55,627 bases of DNA, taken from positions 1-55,627 of the forward strand of contig JAJZBR010000003.1 in assembly GCA_021798795.1 (NCBI GenBank). Direction: 5' to 3'. Positions 1-8,696 of this stretch are shown piece after piece. Each line of letters begins with the position of its first letter. Positions within the stretch are counted from its first letter, which is position 1. A program made the translations under genes and the position numbers. A model generated the notes under the pieces. That model was not told the origin of the DNA and searched no databases. It saw only the letters and a program-made list of their open reading frames with translations. The stretch is from Pseudomonadota bacterium. GTDB taxonomy: Bacteria > Pseudomonadota > Gammaproteobacteria > JAKAQQ01.

Positions 1-79
1 GATGTTGAGCGCGCTGGAGTGCGCCTATGCACAGCGACACCCTCAGGGAGTCATCCACCATTCCGATCAGGGCTCCCAG
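1..79 (+). mobile_element. IS3-family transposase fragment (rve core), interrupted
   Basis: Translation ...RHPQGVIHHSDQGSQ is the IS3-family DDE second-Asp motif (HSDxGSQ); similarity stops right after the Gln codon at 77-79. Confidence 0.8.
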
Positions 80-296
80 GGTGATTTCCAGCGGTCGTTG
101 CAACATCATACGAGAGGAGGTGTTGCATGGGACGACCAAAGGGTTGGGTTACAGAACGGACAGGACGGGCGCCAATACGGTCGCCGGGTCGGCCGGGCGT
201 CAATCAGAGGGATGCCAAGCAAGCGTTTTGGGTGCGCATTGCGGCGGGTGCGTCAAGTGAGGATGCCGCCTTGGCGAGCGGAGTGTCGCAGCCGGT
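80..296 (+). mobile_element. IS30-family element left end plus truncated transposase N-terminus
   Basis: Terminal-like sequence GGTGATTTCCAGCGGTCGTTGCAACA, GGAGG RBS, then ATG 127 MGRPKGWVTERTGRAPIRSPGRP...FWVRIAAGASSEDAALASGVSQPV, typical of the HTH start of this IS30 subgroup. Confidence 0.7.
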
Positions 297-389
297 TATC
301 TCTCGCCGGTTAACTTTGAACGGAGGTACGCCCCTCGGGAACCATCGAAACTCACACATCCATGTGTCCACTAAAACGGGTGAAGTCCA
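294..389 (+). mobile_element. IS3-family transposase C-terminus and right inverted repeat
   Basis: One frame reads GYLSPVNFERRY (IS3 C-terminal GYxSPxxFE motif), followed by GTGTCCACTAAAACGGGTGAAGTCCA ending in CA (364-389), a typical IS3 end. Confidence 0.75.
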
Positions 390-572
390 CGCGCAAGCGC
401 ACCTCGATGCCACGGGCTGCGTGCGCCACTACAAATCGCTCGCGCAGGTCGTGTGGGCGTTCCGGTCGATGAAGGCGGTCGATCTCAAGGTCCACCCGAA
501 CCGCCATCGCCTGGCCGATCGGGTCCGGGCGCATAGCTCACTCTACATGTTCGCCTACCATGTCGCGTGGCT
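390..572 (+). pseudogene. IS1634-family transposase C-terminal fragment
   Basis: YKSLAQVVWAFRSMKAVDLKVHPNRHRLADRVRAH..YMFAYHVAW resembles the IS1634 YKxLxxVExAFRxxKxxDLxxRP-H-RVRAH motif, with the catalytic Glu lost. Confidence 0.7.
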
Positions 573-742
573 GCATCGCGAATGGGTGCGGATGCTCCCT
601 GAAAAATGGTGGGCTGTCCGGTGGAGTCCAGATCCAGCCAGCACACTTGATCATGGATCATGCATCCGGTCTTCGTGTGGCTGCACGCACTTCGGTCTGA
701 ACCGCACTGATCAAGGGCCGGATGTGGCGGCTGGGTGTGTGT

Positions 743-1357
743 TCAGTGCAGGCCTTCGAGATAGCTTGCGACGGCCTTCATTTGCGCAGGCGTGAGGTGA
801 CTCGCGACATAGTTCATCATCCCGTGCGGGCTGTTTTTCCTGCGCCCATGAGCGAAATCCTGAAGCTGACGATAGAGATAGGCCGACCATTGCCCGGCCA
901 GCCGCGGATATCGGGCCGGTTCATTTCCCATGCCAGCGGGCCCATGGCAGGCCATGCAGGCGGGCACGCCCTGATGGGGCAGCCCGCCCCGGAAGATGCG
1001 CTGTCCCAAAGCGACGAGCTTGGGATTGGCGAATCCCGGTGCGATGGTCTGGCGCGAAAAGTAGTGGGCGACCGAACGAATCTCGGCTGGCGTGAGTGGC
1101 GCAGCCATGGCCTGCATGATCGCACTGACCCGCTTGCCGGATTGGAAGTCATGCAGTTCCTTTTCGATGTAGCCCACGCCCTGAGCCGCGAGTTTCGGGA
1201 ATGCGGAAGTGGCGCTGTTGCCTTGTGGGCCGTGACAGGCGGAACAAACATGCGCAGCGAGCGTGGCACCCGTTTGGGGGGCGGCCCGGGAGGTGCCCAC
1301 ACAGGTCCCAAACAGGCCTCCAAGCACAGCTGCGATCACGAATCCGGTGCGTTTCAT
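743..1357 (-). CDS. Diheme cytochrome c4 (c553-type), exported
   Basis: Signal peptide, two CxxCH motifs (CSACH, CMACH), PKLAAQ/PRLAGQ motifs and distal Met ligands. Confidence 0.93.
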   Translation of the reverse strand: MKRTGFVIAAVLGGLFGTCVGTSRAAPQTGATLAAHVCSACHGPQGNSATSAFPKLAAQGVGYIEKELHDFQSGKRVSAIMQAMAAPLTPAEIRSVAHYFSRQTIAPGFANPKLVALGQRIFRGGLPHQGVPACMACHGPAGMGNEPARYPRLAGQWSAYLYRQLQDFAHGRRKNSPHGMMNYVASHLTPAQMKAVASYLEGLH

Positions 1358-1525
1358 GGGTGAGGATGCTCCTCCATACGGGTCGACTCGCTCAATCGGG
1401 CTTTAATTGTAACCCACGACAATCACGGCAGTCTATCTTGCAAGGATCCTTGGGGTCGCCCGCGAGATCTCCTGCGATCCACGGGTCATGGGGGGCCGAT
1501 CCATCGAGGGCGCCACAGTATGGGC

Positions 1526-1563
1526 AAAAAAAGCCCCGGCGTGTTAGGGGGATGCGCCGGGGC
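1526..1563 (-). terminator. Intrinsic terminator
   Basis: GCCCCGGCG-loop-CGCCGGGGC followed by TTTTTTT on the minus strand. Confidence 0.85.
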
Positions 1564-1646
1564 CAAGACGCGCTGGCCGATTGGGGAAATCGACCAACGG
1601 TTTCCGCTCAGGGAGGAGAGCGGAAAAACGCTGAACGTGCGTCACT
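1526..1646 (-). ncRNA. Putative ~120-nt small RNA with three C-rich-loop hairpins (sX13/ErsA-like position downstream of polA)
   Basis: Stems at 1601-1626, 1571-1599 and 1533-1563 with minus-strand loops UCCUCCCU, UCCCC and CAUCCCCCUAACA; G-U wobbles work only on the minus strand; ends in a U7 tract; promoter upstream. Confidence 0.72.
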
Positions 1647-1651
1647 ATGAA

Positions 1652-1679
1652 TTGGACAGGAGCCATACCGAAAAGTTCC
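1652..1679 (-). promoter_or_regulatory. sigmaE (RpoE/AlgU)-type promoter
   Basis: GGAACTT-N15-GTCCAA (= GAACTT-N16-TCCAA) on the minus strand. Confidence 0.7.
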
Positions 1680-1752
1680 ATGGGCCGCCTCGGGGCCCAA
1701 ACGCACCCTTCAGCTGATGGGGCAGGGGGTCTCGATTTGCCTGACCGATGGG

Positions 1753-4470
1753 TCAATGCGCCTCATCCCAGTTCGAGCCCACCCCGATTTCCACGGTGAG
1801 TGGAAGGGCGAGTTCAACCGCTCCGGTCATCTGGTCCCGGACGCCGGAGGTGACCGCTGCAACTTCCTCCTCGGGAACCTCCAGCACGAGCTCGTCGTGT
1901 ACCTGCATCAGAAGTGTGGCACGGAACCCGCCCTGCCGGAGCCAGTTCTCGGTCCGGATCATGGCGATCTTGATGATATCGGCAGCCGTGCCCTGCATGG
2001 GTGCATTGATGGCCGCCCGTTCGGCCGCTTGGCGCAGTACGTGTTGACGGCTCTTCAGGTTGGGCAGGTAGAGCCTGCGACCGAGGATCGTTTCGACAAA
2101 GCCGAGCTTGCGCGCTTCGTCCCGGAGATGATCCAGGTAGTCGCGAACCCGGGGGTAACGGTTGAAGTAACGGTCGATATAGCCTTGGGCCAACTCGCGC
2201 GAAAACCCGAGTTCGCGACCGAGGCCATAGGCAGACATCCCGTAGATCAGGCCGAAGTTGATGGTCTTGGCGAGCCGGCGCTGATTATCGTCGACCAACT
2301 GGGTTGGGATCCCGAACAGTTCCGCCGCCGTGGCCCGGTGGACATCGATTCCGTTCGCAAAAGCGGATCGGAGTCCGGGGTCCTCCGAGAAATGCGCCAG
2401 GATCCGAAGTTCGATCTGCGAATAATCGAGCGACAGGATGAGCGATCCCGGAGAGGCGATGAAGGCCTGACGGATCCGCTGTCCCTCGTGCGTCCGGATG
2501 GGAATGTTCTGGAGATTGGGATCCGAAGAGGACAATCGTCCGGTTGCAGTCGTCGCCTGGTGGTAGCTCGTATGCACACGACCGGTTGCCGGATGGATCG
2601 CCTCGGGCAGCCTTTCCGTGTAGGTCGATCGGAGTTTGGCGAGCCTGCGGTACTCGAGGATGAGACGAGGCAGTTCATGGTTCTGTGCCAGGTCTTCGAG
2701 GACCGCTTCCGCGGTCGAGCGCTGTCCGCCCGGGGTCTTGCCTTGGCTCGGGATGCCGAGTTCCTCGAACAGAATCGCCTGAAGCTGTTTAGGGGAATCG
2801 AGGTTGAAGGGTTTCCCGGCCAGGCCAAAAGCCTGATTCTGTAACGAGTGGAGCGTCGATGCGAGCTCAACCGACTGCTGCTGCAGAAGGCCCGGGTCGA
2901 TCCGGACCCCGGTGCGTTCCATGCGCATCAGGACGCCGCTCAACGGGATCTCGATCGATTCGACGATGTGCAAAAGAGCGGGAGTCGGAGCAAGCTCCTG
3001 CCAGAGCCGTTCATGCGCCCGCCAGGTGACCCAGGCATCTTCGCCCGCATATTCGCTCGCGGGCTTGAGCTGCACGGCGTCGAAGGAGCGTTGTCCCCGC
3101 CCCTTTCCGGTCACGGATTCATAGGTGATCTTCTCGATGCCGAGAACACGCCGGGCGACCGAGTCGAGATCGTGACGGCCGGCCGTGCTGTTCAACACGT
3201 AACTCTCGAGCATGGTGTCGTAGCGGACGCCTTGAACGAGGATGCCCTCGTTGAGCAGGATATGTCGGTCATATTTACTGTGGTGACCGACCTTCGGGAG
3301 GCTTGGATCTTCCAAAAGCGGTTTCAGGGCAGCGAGCACCTCGGCCACCGGAAGCTGTGCGGGATCCCCGTCTGCGGGGAGATGACGGAGCGGGATATAG
3401 CAGGCGTCATCGGGTCCGGTCGCGATCGACAGGCCGACGAGCTTGGCGTCGAGATAGTTGAGGGAGGTCGTTTCCGTGTCGATCGCAATGAGCTTAATCC
3501 CGCGTATCCGTTCGATCCAACGCTCGAGATCCCCCCGGTCGGTGATCATCGCCGTGTGCCCCCGCCCGGGTCCGCCCGGACCGTCCGTTGCCGCGCTGCC
3601 GGCCTGCTCGCCTGGAGAGGAGCGAGACGTGCGGTCGTGGAGTTCCAGAACCGAGAGCCTTTGGCGTAACGTCTCATGATCCGGCGGCGACATCCGGAGT
3701 TCCCCGGGGCGATCCGGAATGGCGAGTGCACAATCGAGTGTCACGAGGCGCCTCGCAAGTGCGAGCGAAGTCTCCGCTTCGCGCAGGGCGTGACCGGTTT
3801 GCCCGCTGAATGTCTCGCGCAGGTTCCAGATGGCGTCAAGCGAGCCGTAACGCTCGAGCCAGCGGGCCGCCGTCTTGGGCCCGACGCCCGGCACACCCGG
3901 AATATTGTCTGAACTGTCGCCGACCAGGGTCAGATAGTCCACGATCTGTTCGGGCCAGACCCCGTAACGCGCTTTGACCCCCGCCCGATTCGAATGGACC
4001 GAAGTCACCGGATGGACGAGTTCGATGTGATCGGATACCAGCTGGGCGAGATCCTTGTCAGCGCTGAAGAGGAGCACGTGGAATCCCTCAGCCGCCGCAC
4101 GGCAGGCGAGCGTTCCGAGAATGTCGTCGGCCTCGATACCGGGAATGCGGATCAGGGGGTATCCCTTTGCCCGGAGGAGGTCGTGGAGCGGTTCGATCTG
4201 GCTGGCAAGGGATTCAGGCATCGGCGGGCGTTGCGCTTTGTAGCCGGAGAATAGCTCGTGACGGAAGGTCCGACCGGGGGCATCGAAGACGATCGCGAGA
4301 TGGTCGGGCCGGTGTTTCTGCTCGAGCGCACCCAGCATCGACAGAACTCCCTTGATGGCGCCGGTCGGAAAGCCCCCAGTGGTGGTGAGGGGGGGCATGG
4401 CATGGAATGCGCGGTAGAGGTAGGCGGATCCGTCCAGCAGGAGGAAGGGCGGTCGCTCGGACTCAGGCAT
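1753..4470 (-). CDS. polA: DNA polymerase I
   Basis: 5'-3' exonuclease (LLDGS, EADD, GDSSDNIPG), 3'-5' exonuclease (IDTETT, YAGED), polymerase motifs DYSQIELR, KTINFGLIYG, QVHDEL. Confidence 0.99.
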   Translation of the reverse strand: MPESERPPFLLLDGSAYLYRAFHAMPPLTTTGGFPTGAIKGVLSMLGALEQKHRPDHLAIVFDAPGRTFRHELFSGYKAQRPPMPESLASQIEPLHDLLRAKGYPLIRIPGIEADDILGTLACRAAAEGFHVLLFSADKDLAQLVSDHIELVHPVTSVHSNRAGVKARYGVWPEQIVDYLTLVGDSSDNIPGVPGVGPKTAARWLERYGSLDAIWNLRETFSGQTGHALREAETSLALARRLVTLDCALAIPDRPGELRMSPPDHETLRQRLSVLELHDRTSRSSPGEQAGSAATDGPGGPGRGHTAMITDRGDLERWIERIRGIKLIAIDTETTSLNYLDAKLVGLSIATGPDDACYIPLRHLPADGDPAQLPVAEVLAALKPLLEDPSLPKVGHHSKYDRHILLNEGILVQGVRYDTMLESYVLNSTAGRHDLDSVARRVLGIEKITYESVTGKGRGQRSFDAVQLKPASEYAGEDAWVTWRAHERLWQELAPTPALLHIVESIEIPLSGVLMRMERTGVRIDPGLLQQQSVELASTLHSLQNQAFGLAGKPFNLDSPKQLQAILFEELGIPSQGKTPGGQRSTAEAVLEDLAQNHELPRLILEYRRLAKLRSTYTERLPEAIHPATGRVHTSYHQATTATGRLSSSDPNLQNIPIRTHEGQRIRQAFIASPGSLILSLDYSQIELRILAHFSEDPGLRSAFANGIDVHRATAAELFGIPTQLVDDNQRRLAKTINFGLIYGMSAYGLGRELGFSRELAQGYIDRYFNRYPRVRDYLDHLRDEARKLGFVETILGRRLYLPNLKSRQHVLRQAAERAAINAPMQGTAADIIKIAMIRTENWLRQGGFRATLLMQVHDELVLEVPEEEVAAVTSGVRDQMTGAVELALPLTVEIGVGSNWDEAH

Positions 4471-4645
4471 GGGGCGGACCGGATCCCGTTCCGATCTGGG
4501 CCCGGACCGCCTGGGTTCGCGTGAGGGGAGACGGCGGATGGGGGTGTGGTTTCGGTGGTGGGAGGTAGAGCGGTCCCTTTTGACCGCAGCACGATAGCAG
4601 TCCTGCGAACGTCACGAAAAGCATCGTCGCAAGCAACCGCTTCAT
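4463..4645 (-). CDS. lptM: Small lipoprotein, LptM/YifL family
   Basis: Lipoprotein signal followed by the CGQKGPLYLP signature; stop overlaps the polA start. Confidence 0.8.
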   Translation of the reverse strand: MKRLLATMLFVTFAGLLSCCGQKGPLYLPPPKPHPHPPSPLTRTQAVRAQIGTGSGPPHA

Positions 4646-4664
4646 GGATGCATAGACCCCCTTC

Positions 4665-7253
4665 GTGAATCGTGGCAGTATACCATTGCTGAGATCCGTA
4701 CCCGGCTTCCTGGCCGAAGGTTTTGCGCCCGCCATGTCCATTTTCAAGTGGATCCTGTCGCTGTCGATATTTGATGATTTCCCGGATCCGGTCTTTTGTA
4801 AAAGCGTCTCGGGGCGCTACCTCTACAGCAATCGGTCGCATCGGGAGTTTTTCGGCATCGAGGACGTCCGCCCACCCTTCCATCCCCTCTTTGGCGTCCA
4901 GGCGCTGGAAGCCTGCCGGCGTTCCGACCGGGAAGCGTTCGACCGGGGCGAACCGATTGTCAATATCGAGTTTTTGGCAAGGCATGCCTCCGGTACCGAA
5001 AGCCCCCTTGAGGTTCACAAAATACCCATTCGGGGAACCGATCGGCAGTGGCTCGGATTGATCGGGGTGATTCGGGAATGGCACGCTACGCCGCGCGCAT
5101 CGAGCGCCCCCATGCGGATGGTCGCGGGTGCGGGTTTCGGTGCCAATCTCAAACCGGTTGGGACCGTGCTGGATGCGGAAGACACCGCAGGGCGCTGGGC
5201 TCTCGTGGGACAAAGTCTCAACCGTGCGATCTACATCCTCAATGGACGGGAACATTCGATCCTCGCCTGCAATGATGCGGCCGCGTCCCTGGCTGGCTAT
5301 CCGGCTCAAGTCCTGATCGGCAGATGCTTCGAGACGTTGTTTGCGGATCTTGACATGGGGCAGCGAGCGGATTCCGTCTGGCGCAGTCGCGCCCGACACC
5401 GGACCGCTCGTGGAGAAGAGCGTCCGGTTTGGGTCGAGTTCAAGAAAATCGAGCGCTCGGCTGGGTTTTGGGGGTTTGCGGTGGTCGACGATCTCAACCG
5501 AGAGAACCGCCTTGAATCCCACTGGCGGGAGCAGCGGCTTCACGACTGGCGTACAGGGTTACCCGCGCGGACGCTCTGGGCTGAGCGGATGCAGATTCGA
5601 CTCGGGGTCGCCCGCTCACCAGGCAGTTTCGCAGCCCTGATTCTGGTCGAGGTGGAAGATCCCCAAGCGGCGCTCGATCCCTATGGATACGAACTTTGGG
5701 ATCGCCTCCTGCAATCCGCCGCGGCACGCATCCAGACCCTTGTGGCACCCCAGGATCTGGTCGGTGTTGTCCGGGAGCGGGTGTTCGGGATTTATCTGGA
5801 GTCCCTGGCCACGCGCGACGATCTCGCCGCCTTCGGGACACGCCTTCTCGAAGCGTTGCATCTGCCGCATGTGATCGATGGTCTTTCAATCAACGGCTTG
5901 ACGGCGCACCTTGGGATCGCGGTGCCAGCATCTACCGATCAGGTGTCCGATGCGCTCGTGAATCAGGCTGATCTTGCCTTGCGGGAAGCGCGAAAAACCG
6001 GACAGGCTGCGGCGTATTTTGCAGACGAAATGGGGTTCGAGCGCGAGGCCGGGTATCGGATCCGGGAACAGTTTGGCCAGGCGCTCAGGGCCTGCAAACC
6101 CTTTCTCGTCTACCAGCCGATTATCGACATGGCCCAGGGATCCCTGTTCGGATTCGAGGGATTGATCCGCTGGAGAGAGGATGAACATCATCAGCGGAAC
6201 GCGGAGGAGTTCATCGGATGCGTCGAATCCGATCCGGCGCTCGCGCGGGAACTTGGTCAGTTCGTGCTGCTCGCCGCAGCGGATCATATCGAGCGGTGGT
6301 CTGCGCTCGGTTTCGAGGGTGCTCTCTCGATCAATATCGGTGCCCGTCACTTTCTTTCCGAACACTTCTTGAACGATGTCGGAGAGGCGTTGGAGCGCAT
6401 CACACATGATCGGGACCGTCTCATCATTGAGATTACGGAAACCGGCCCGTTCACGGATCTCGATCGTGCCCGGGTCGTCACCGAAACACTCCAGTCCTGG
6501 GGCGTGCGCGTACTGCTCGATGATTTCGGAACCGGCAACGCTTCCATGGTGCATCTGCACGAGCTTCCCGTGAACGGCATCAAGATCGAAAAGCGTTTCG
6601 TGCAGGACCTCCTTCGGGATGACAAGGCGCTCTGGATCGTGAGTTCGCTATTGCTCCATGCCCAGAGCCAGGGTCTCATCGTGATCGCGGAAGGCGTGGA
6701 AAATGACAGCGTGGGGACCCTGCTTCTCGAGTTGGGGTGTCACCTGGCGCAGGGTTATTACATCGCGCGCCCGCTCATGGCCTGGGATATTCCGAACTGG
6801 CTCGCCAAATGGACTCCGCCGATCCGCTGGCGCCGCCGCAGCATGCGTCCCTGGCCGCTCACCAACCTGGAAGGCATGGCTGCCGGATTCTCCCACCTCC
6901 GTTGGGTCGAGGAGATCCGTCATGCGCTGGCTGTTGAGGGAGACGATGTCCGGGAACTTGAAGGCCGCCTCCTCACGATGTGTGATACGACATCCGGCGA
7001 GCACTGCCGGCTCGGTTCCTGGCTCAGACATTCGGCTCCGATCGAAACGCGGAGCGAGACGTCCCTGCTGCCCCGGATTGCCGAACTGCACGCGGGCATT
7101 CATGCACAGGGGTTGCGCGCTGTCTCCGAACTCAAGACGGGCGATCGCAAACGGGCATTGCGCCACGTGGATGAACAGATGGCCGAGCCCACTCATGCAC
7201 TCCTCAGCCTGCTCGTTTCCGCGCTGGCCGAACAGGATCGCTTAAAGGCCTGA
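4665..7253 (+). CDS. PAS-PAS-GGDEF(degenerate)-EAL-CZB c-di-GMP phosphodiesterase-like protein (start may be 4734)
   Basis: PAS (FPDPVFCK, KIPIR..G), HDWRTGLP, GGDEF position reads VRERV, EAL domain (YQPI, EGLIRW, DDFGTG, AEGVE, QGY), C-terminal HxxW/CxLGxW/HxxxH. Confidence 0.9.
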   Translation: MNRGSIPLLRSVPGFLAEGFAPAMSIFKWILSLSIFDDFPDPVFCKSVSGRYLYSNRSHREFFGIEDVRPPFHPLFGVQALEACRRSDREAFDRGEPIVNIEFLARHASGTESPLEVHKIPIRGTDRQWLGLIGVIREWHATPRASSAPMRMVAGAGFGANLKPVGTVLDAEDTAGRWALVGQSLNRAIYILNGREHSILACNDAAASLAGYPAQVLIGRCFETLFADLDMGQRADSVWRSRARHRTARGEERPVWVEFKKIERSAGFWGFAVVDDLNRENRLESHWREQRLHDWRTGLPARTLWAERMQIRLGVARSPGSFAALILVEVEDPQAALDPYGYELWDRLLQSAAARIQTLVAPQDLVGVVRERVFGIYLESLATRDDLAAFGTRLLEALHLPHVIDGLSINGLTAHLGIAVPASTDQVSDALVNQADLALREARKTGQAAAYFADEMGFEREAGYRIREQFGQALRACKPFLVYQPIIDMAQGSLFGFEGLIRWREDEHHQRNAEEFIGCVESDPALARELGQFVLLAAADHIERWSALGFEGALSINIGARHFLSEHFLNDVGEALERITHDRDRLIIEITETGPFTDLDRARVVTETLQSWGVRVLLDDFGTGNASMVHLHELPVNGIKIEKRFVQDLLRDDKALWIVSSLLLHAQSQGLIVIAEGVENDSVGTLLLELGCHLAQGYYIARPLMAWDIPNWLAKWTPPIRWRRRSMRPWPLTNLEGMAAGFSHLRWVEEIRHALAVEGDDVRELEGRLLTMCDTTSGEHCRLGSWLRHSAPIETRSETSLLPRIAELHAGIHAQGLRAVSELKTGDRKRALRHVDEQMAEPTHALLSLLVSALAEQDRLKA
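4677..4685 (-). promoter_or_regulatory. Extended -10 element for lptM-polA
   Basis: TGGTATACT (TGn-TATACT) about 30 nt upstream of the lptM ATG. Confidence 0.45.
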
Positions 7254-7961
7254 CCTGGATCCCTCCGGGGTAATCGTGCAAAGCAGCCTCGTGTGACCGA
7301 CGAGTTCCGCGACACACCGGTCTCCCGGCTCAAGTGCGCCCACACCAGCGGGTGTGCCCGTAAAGAGCAGGTCTCCCGCTTCGAGTGTTTCGTAGCGCGA
7401 GAGCTCCGCAACCAGCCGGTCGAGCGGCCAGATCATCTGTGACGAACGGGCCTCTTGCCGCACGATGCCATTGACCGTGAGTCTCAGGTGCCAGGGCGAA
7501 TCGGAATCGCTCGAGTGGCTGGCCACAAGGAGTGGCGAACAGGGTGCCGATCCCGCAAAGCTTTTGGCGAGCTCCCACGGCTGGCCTTTTTTCTTGAGTT
7601 CATTCTGGATATCTCGCCGGGTGAGATCGAGACCGACGGCATAACCGAAGATATGATCCCAAACCGCATCGGGGGGGATGTTCCGCCCACCGCTTTTCAG
7701 GGCGATGACGAGTTCGACTTCGTGGTGCAGTGCGCGCGTTTCCGGTGGGTAGGGAACCGGAGCATCGTCGGTCACGAGCGCATGGGGCGGTTTCATGAAG
7801 AAACAGGGTGGATCGACTGGATTGGATCCCATTTCGCGGGCGTGATCGGCGTAGTTCCGGCCGACACAATAGATGGCACGCACGGGGTAACGATTTCTGG
7901 AGCCCAGGATGGGGAGCGAACGGATGGTGGCGGGAGGATGACAGTAAGAGGGATGGGGCAT
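7242..7961 (-). CDS. Fumarylacetoacetate hydrolase family protein (YcgM-like)
   Basis: CVGRNYADH, FFMKP, HHEVEL, DLTRRD, GDLLFTGTPAGVG. Confidence 0.95.
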   Translation of the reverse strand: MPHPSYCHPPATIRSLPILGSRNRYPVRAIYCVGRNYADHAREMGSNPVDPPCFFMKPPHALVTDDAPVPYPPETRALHHEVELVIALKSGGRNIPPDAVWDHIFGYAVGLDLTRRDIQNELKKKGQPWELAKSFAGSAPCSPLLVASHSSDSDSPWHLRLTVNGIVRQEARSSQMIWPLDRLVAELSRYETLEAGDLLFTGTPAGVGALEPGDRCVAELVGHTRLLCTITPEGSRSGL

Positions 7962-8007
7962 GGGCTGAGGCTCGGTTGGGGCCTACCCTCGATGGGTGGC
8001 CGTTGGG

Positions 8008-8694
8008 TTAAGGCAGCGGATTGAGATCAGTGTACTCAAAGCGTCCCAGCCGTCGTACGCGTTCACCGCGAACGAAGGGGATCGGTTCCTGGAACAGGGG
8101 GCCTGCGTACACAAAGGTGTGAAACTCGCCCCGTTCGCCTGCCGGGTCGACGTGCGCGGGGAGTGCCGAGAGCAAGTCGTGGTCGAACTCGCGACCCGAG
8201 AACTCCGGTGCGAGCTGCTCGATGTCCACGCACACAATGACCGCACGGAAACCCTGGTCAATAAATTGCGCGGCCAGGCTCCGGGTATCCTGTCCCCAAA
8301 GCGGGAACACCCCGTGCATTCCCACGCGTTCGAGCTGCTGCTCGCGATAGGCGCGGATGTCCTCCAGGAACAAATCGCCAAAGGCCACCCGTTCGATTCC
8401 CTGTGCCCGGTAGCGGGTGAGCTGTTCGAGCATCCGGTCCTCGTATTCCGCATGGCTGCTTGCGGCCGAGAGGTAGATCTTGTCCAATGGCAGCCCGAGT
8501 GCCTCGGCCTGACGGTCGAGGAGGGTCTCACGCACCCCGTGCATCGCGATGCGCTGATATTCGCGGGTGAGTGTGGTCAGAAGACGCGTGACTTTGAGGT
8601 TCTGCTGCATGCGCAAGGCAGCAAGAGCGCAGACCGAATCCTTCCCCCCCGAAAAAGACAGGACCAGCGGTTCCCGAGAACGGTCCGGGTTCAC
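8008..8694 (-). CDS. PP-loop ATPase, Dph6/MJ0570 (diphthine-ammonia ligase)-like
   Basis: SFSGGKDS, MHGVR, AFGDLFL, DPAGERGEFHTFV; GTG start 2 nt after the uvrD stop. Confidence 0.9.
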   Translation of the reverse strand: MNPDRSREPLVLSFSGGKDSVCALAALRMQQNLKVTRLLTTLTREYQRIAMHGVRETLLDRQAEALGLPLDKIYLSAASSHAEYEDRMLEQLTRYRAQGIERVAFGDLFLEDIRAYREQQLERVGMHGVFPLWGQDTRSLAAQFIDQGFRAVIVCVDIEQLAPEFSGREFDHDLLSALPAHVDPAGERGEFHTFVYAGPLFQEPIPFVRGERVRRLGRFEYTDLNPLP

Positions 8695-8696
8695 GA

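Noticed and set aside
127-795. 222-aa ORF as a real gene
   Set aside because: It is a chance read-through of IS30, IS3 (out of frame) and IS1634 fragments plus non-coding DNA
1717-4524. Long plus-strand ORFs opposite polA, and similar shadow ORFs across the window
   Set aside because: Antisense frames of high-GC genes with no recognisable motifs
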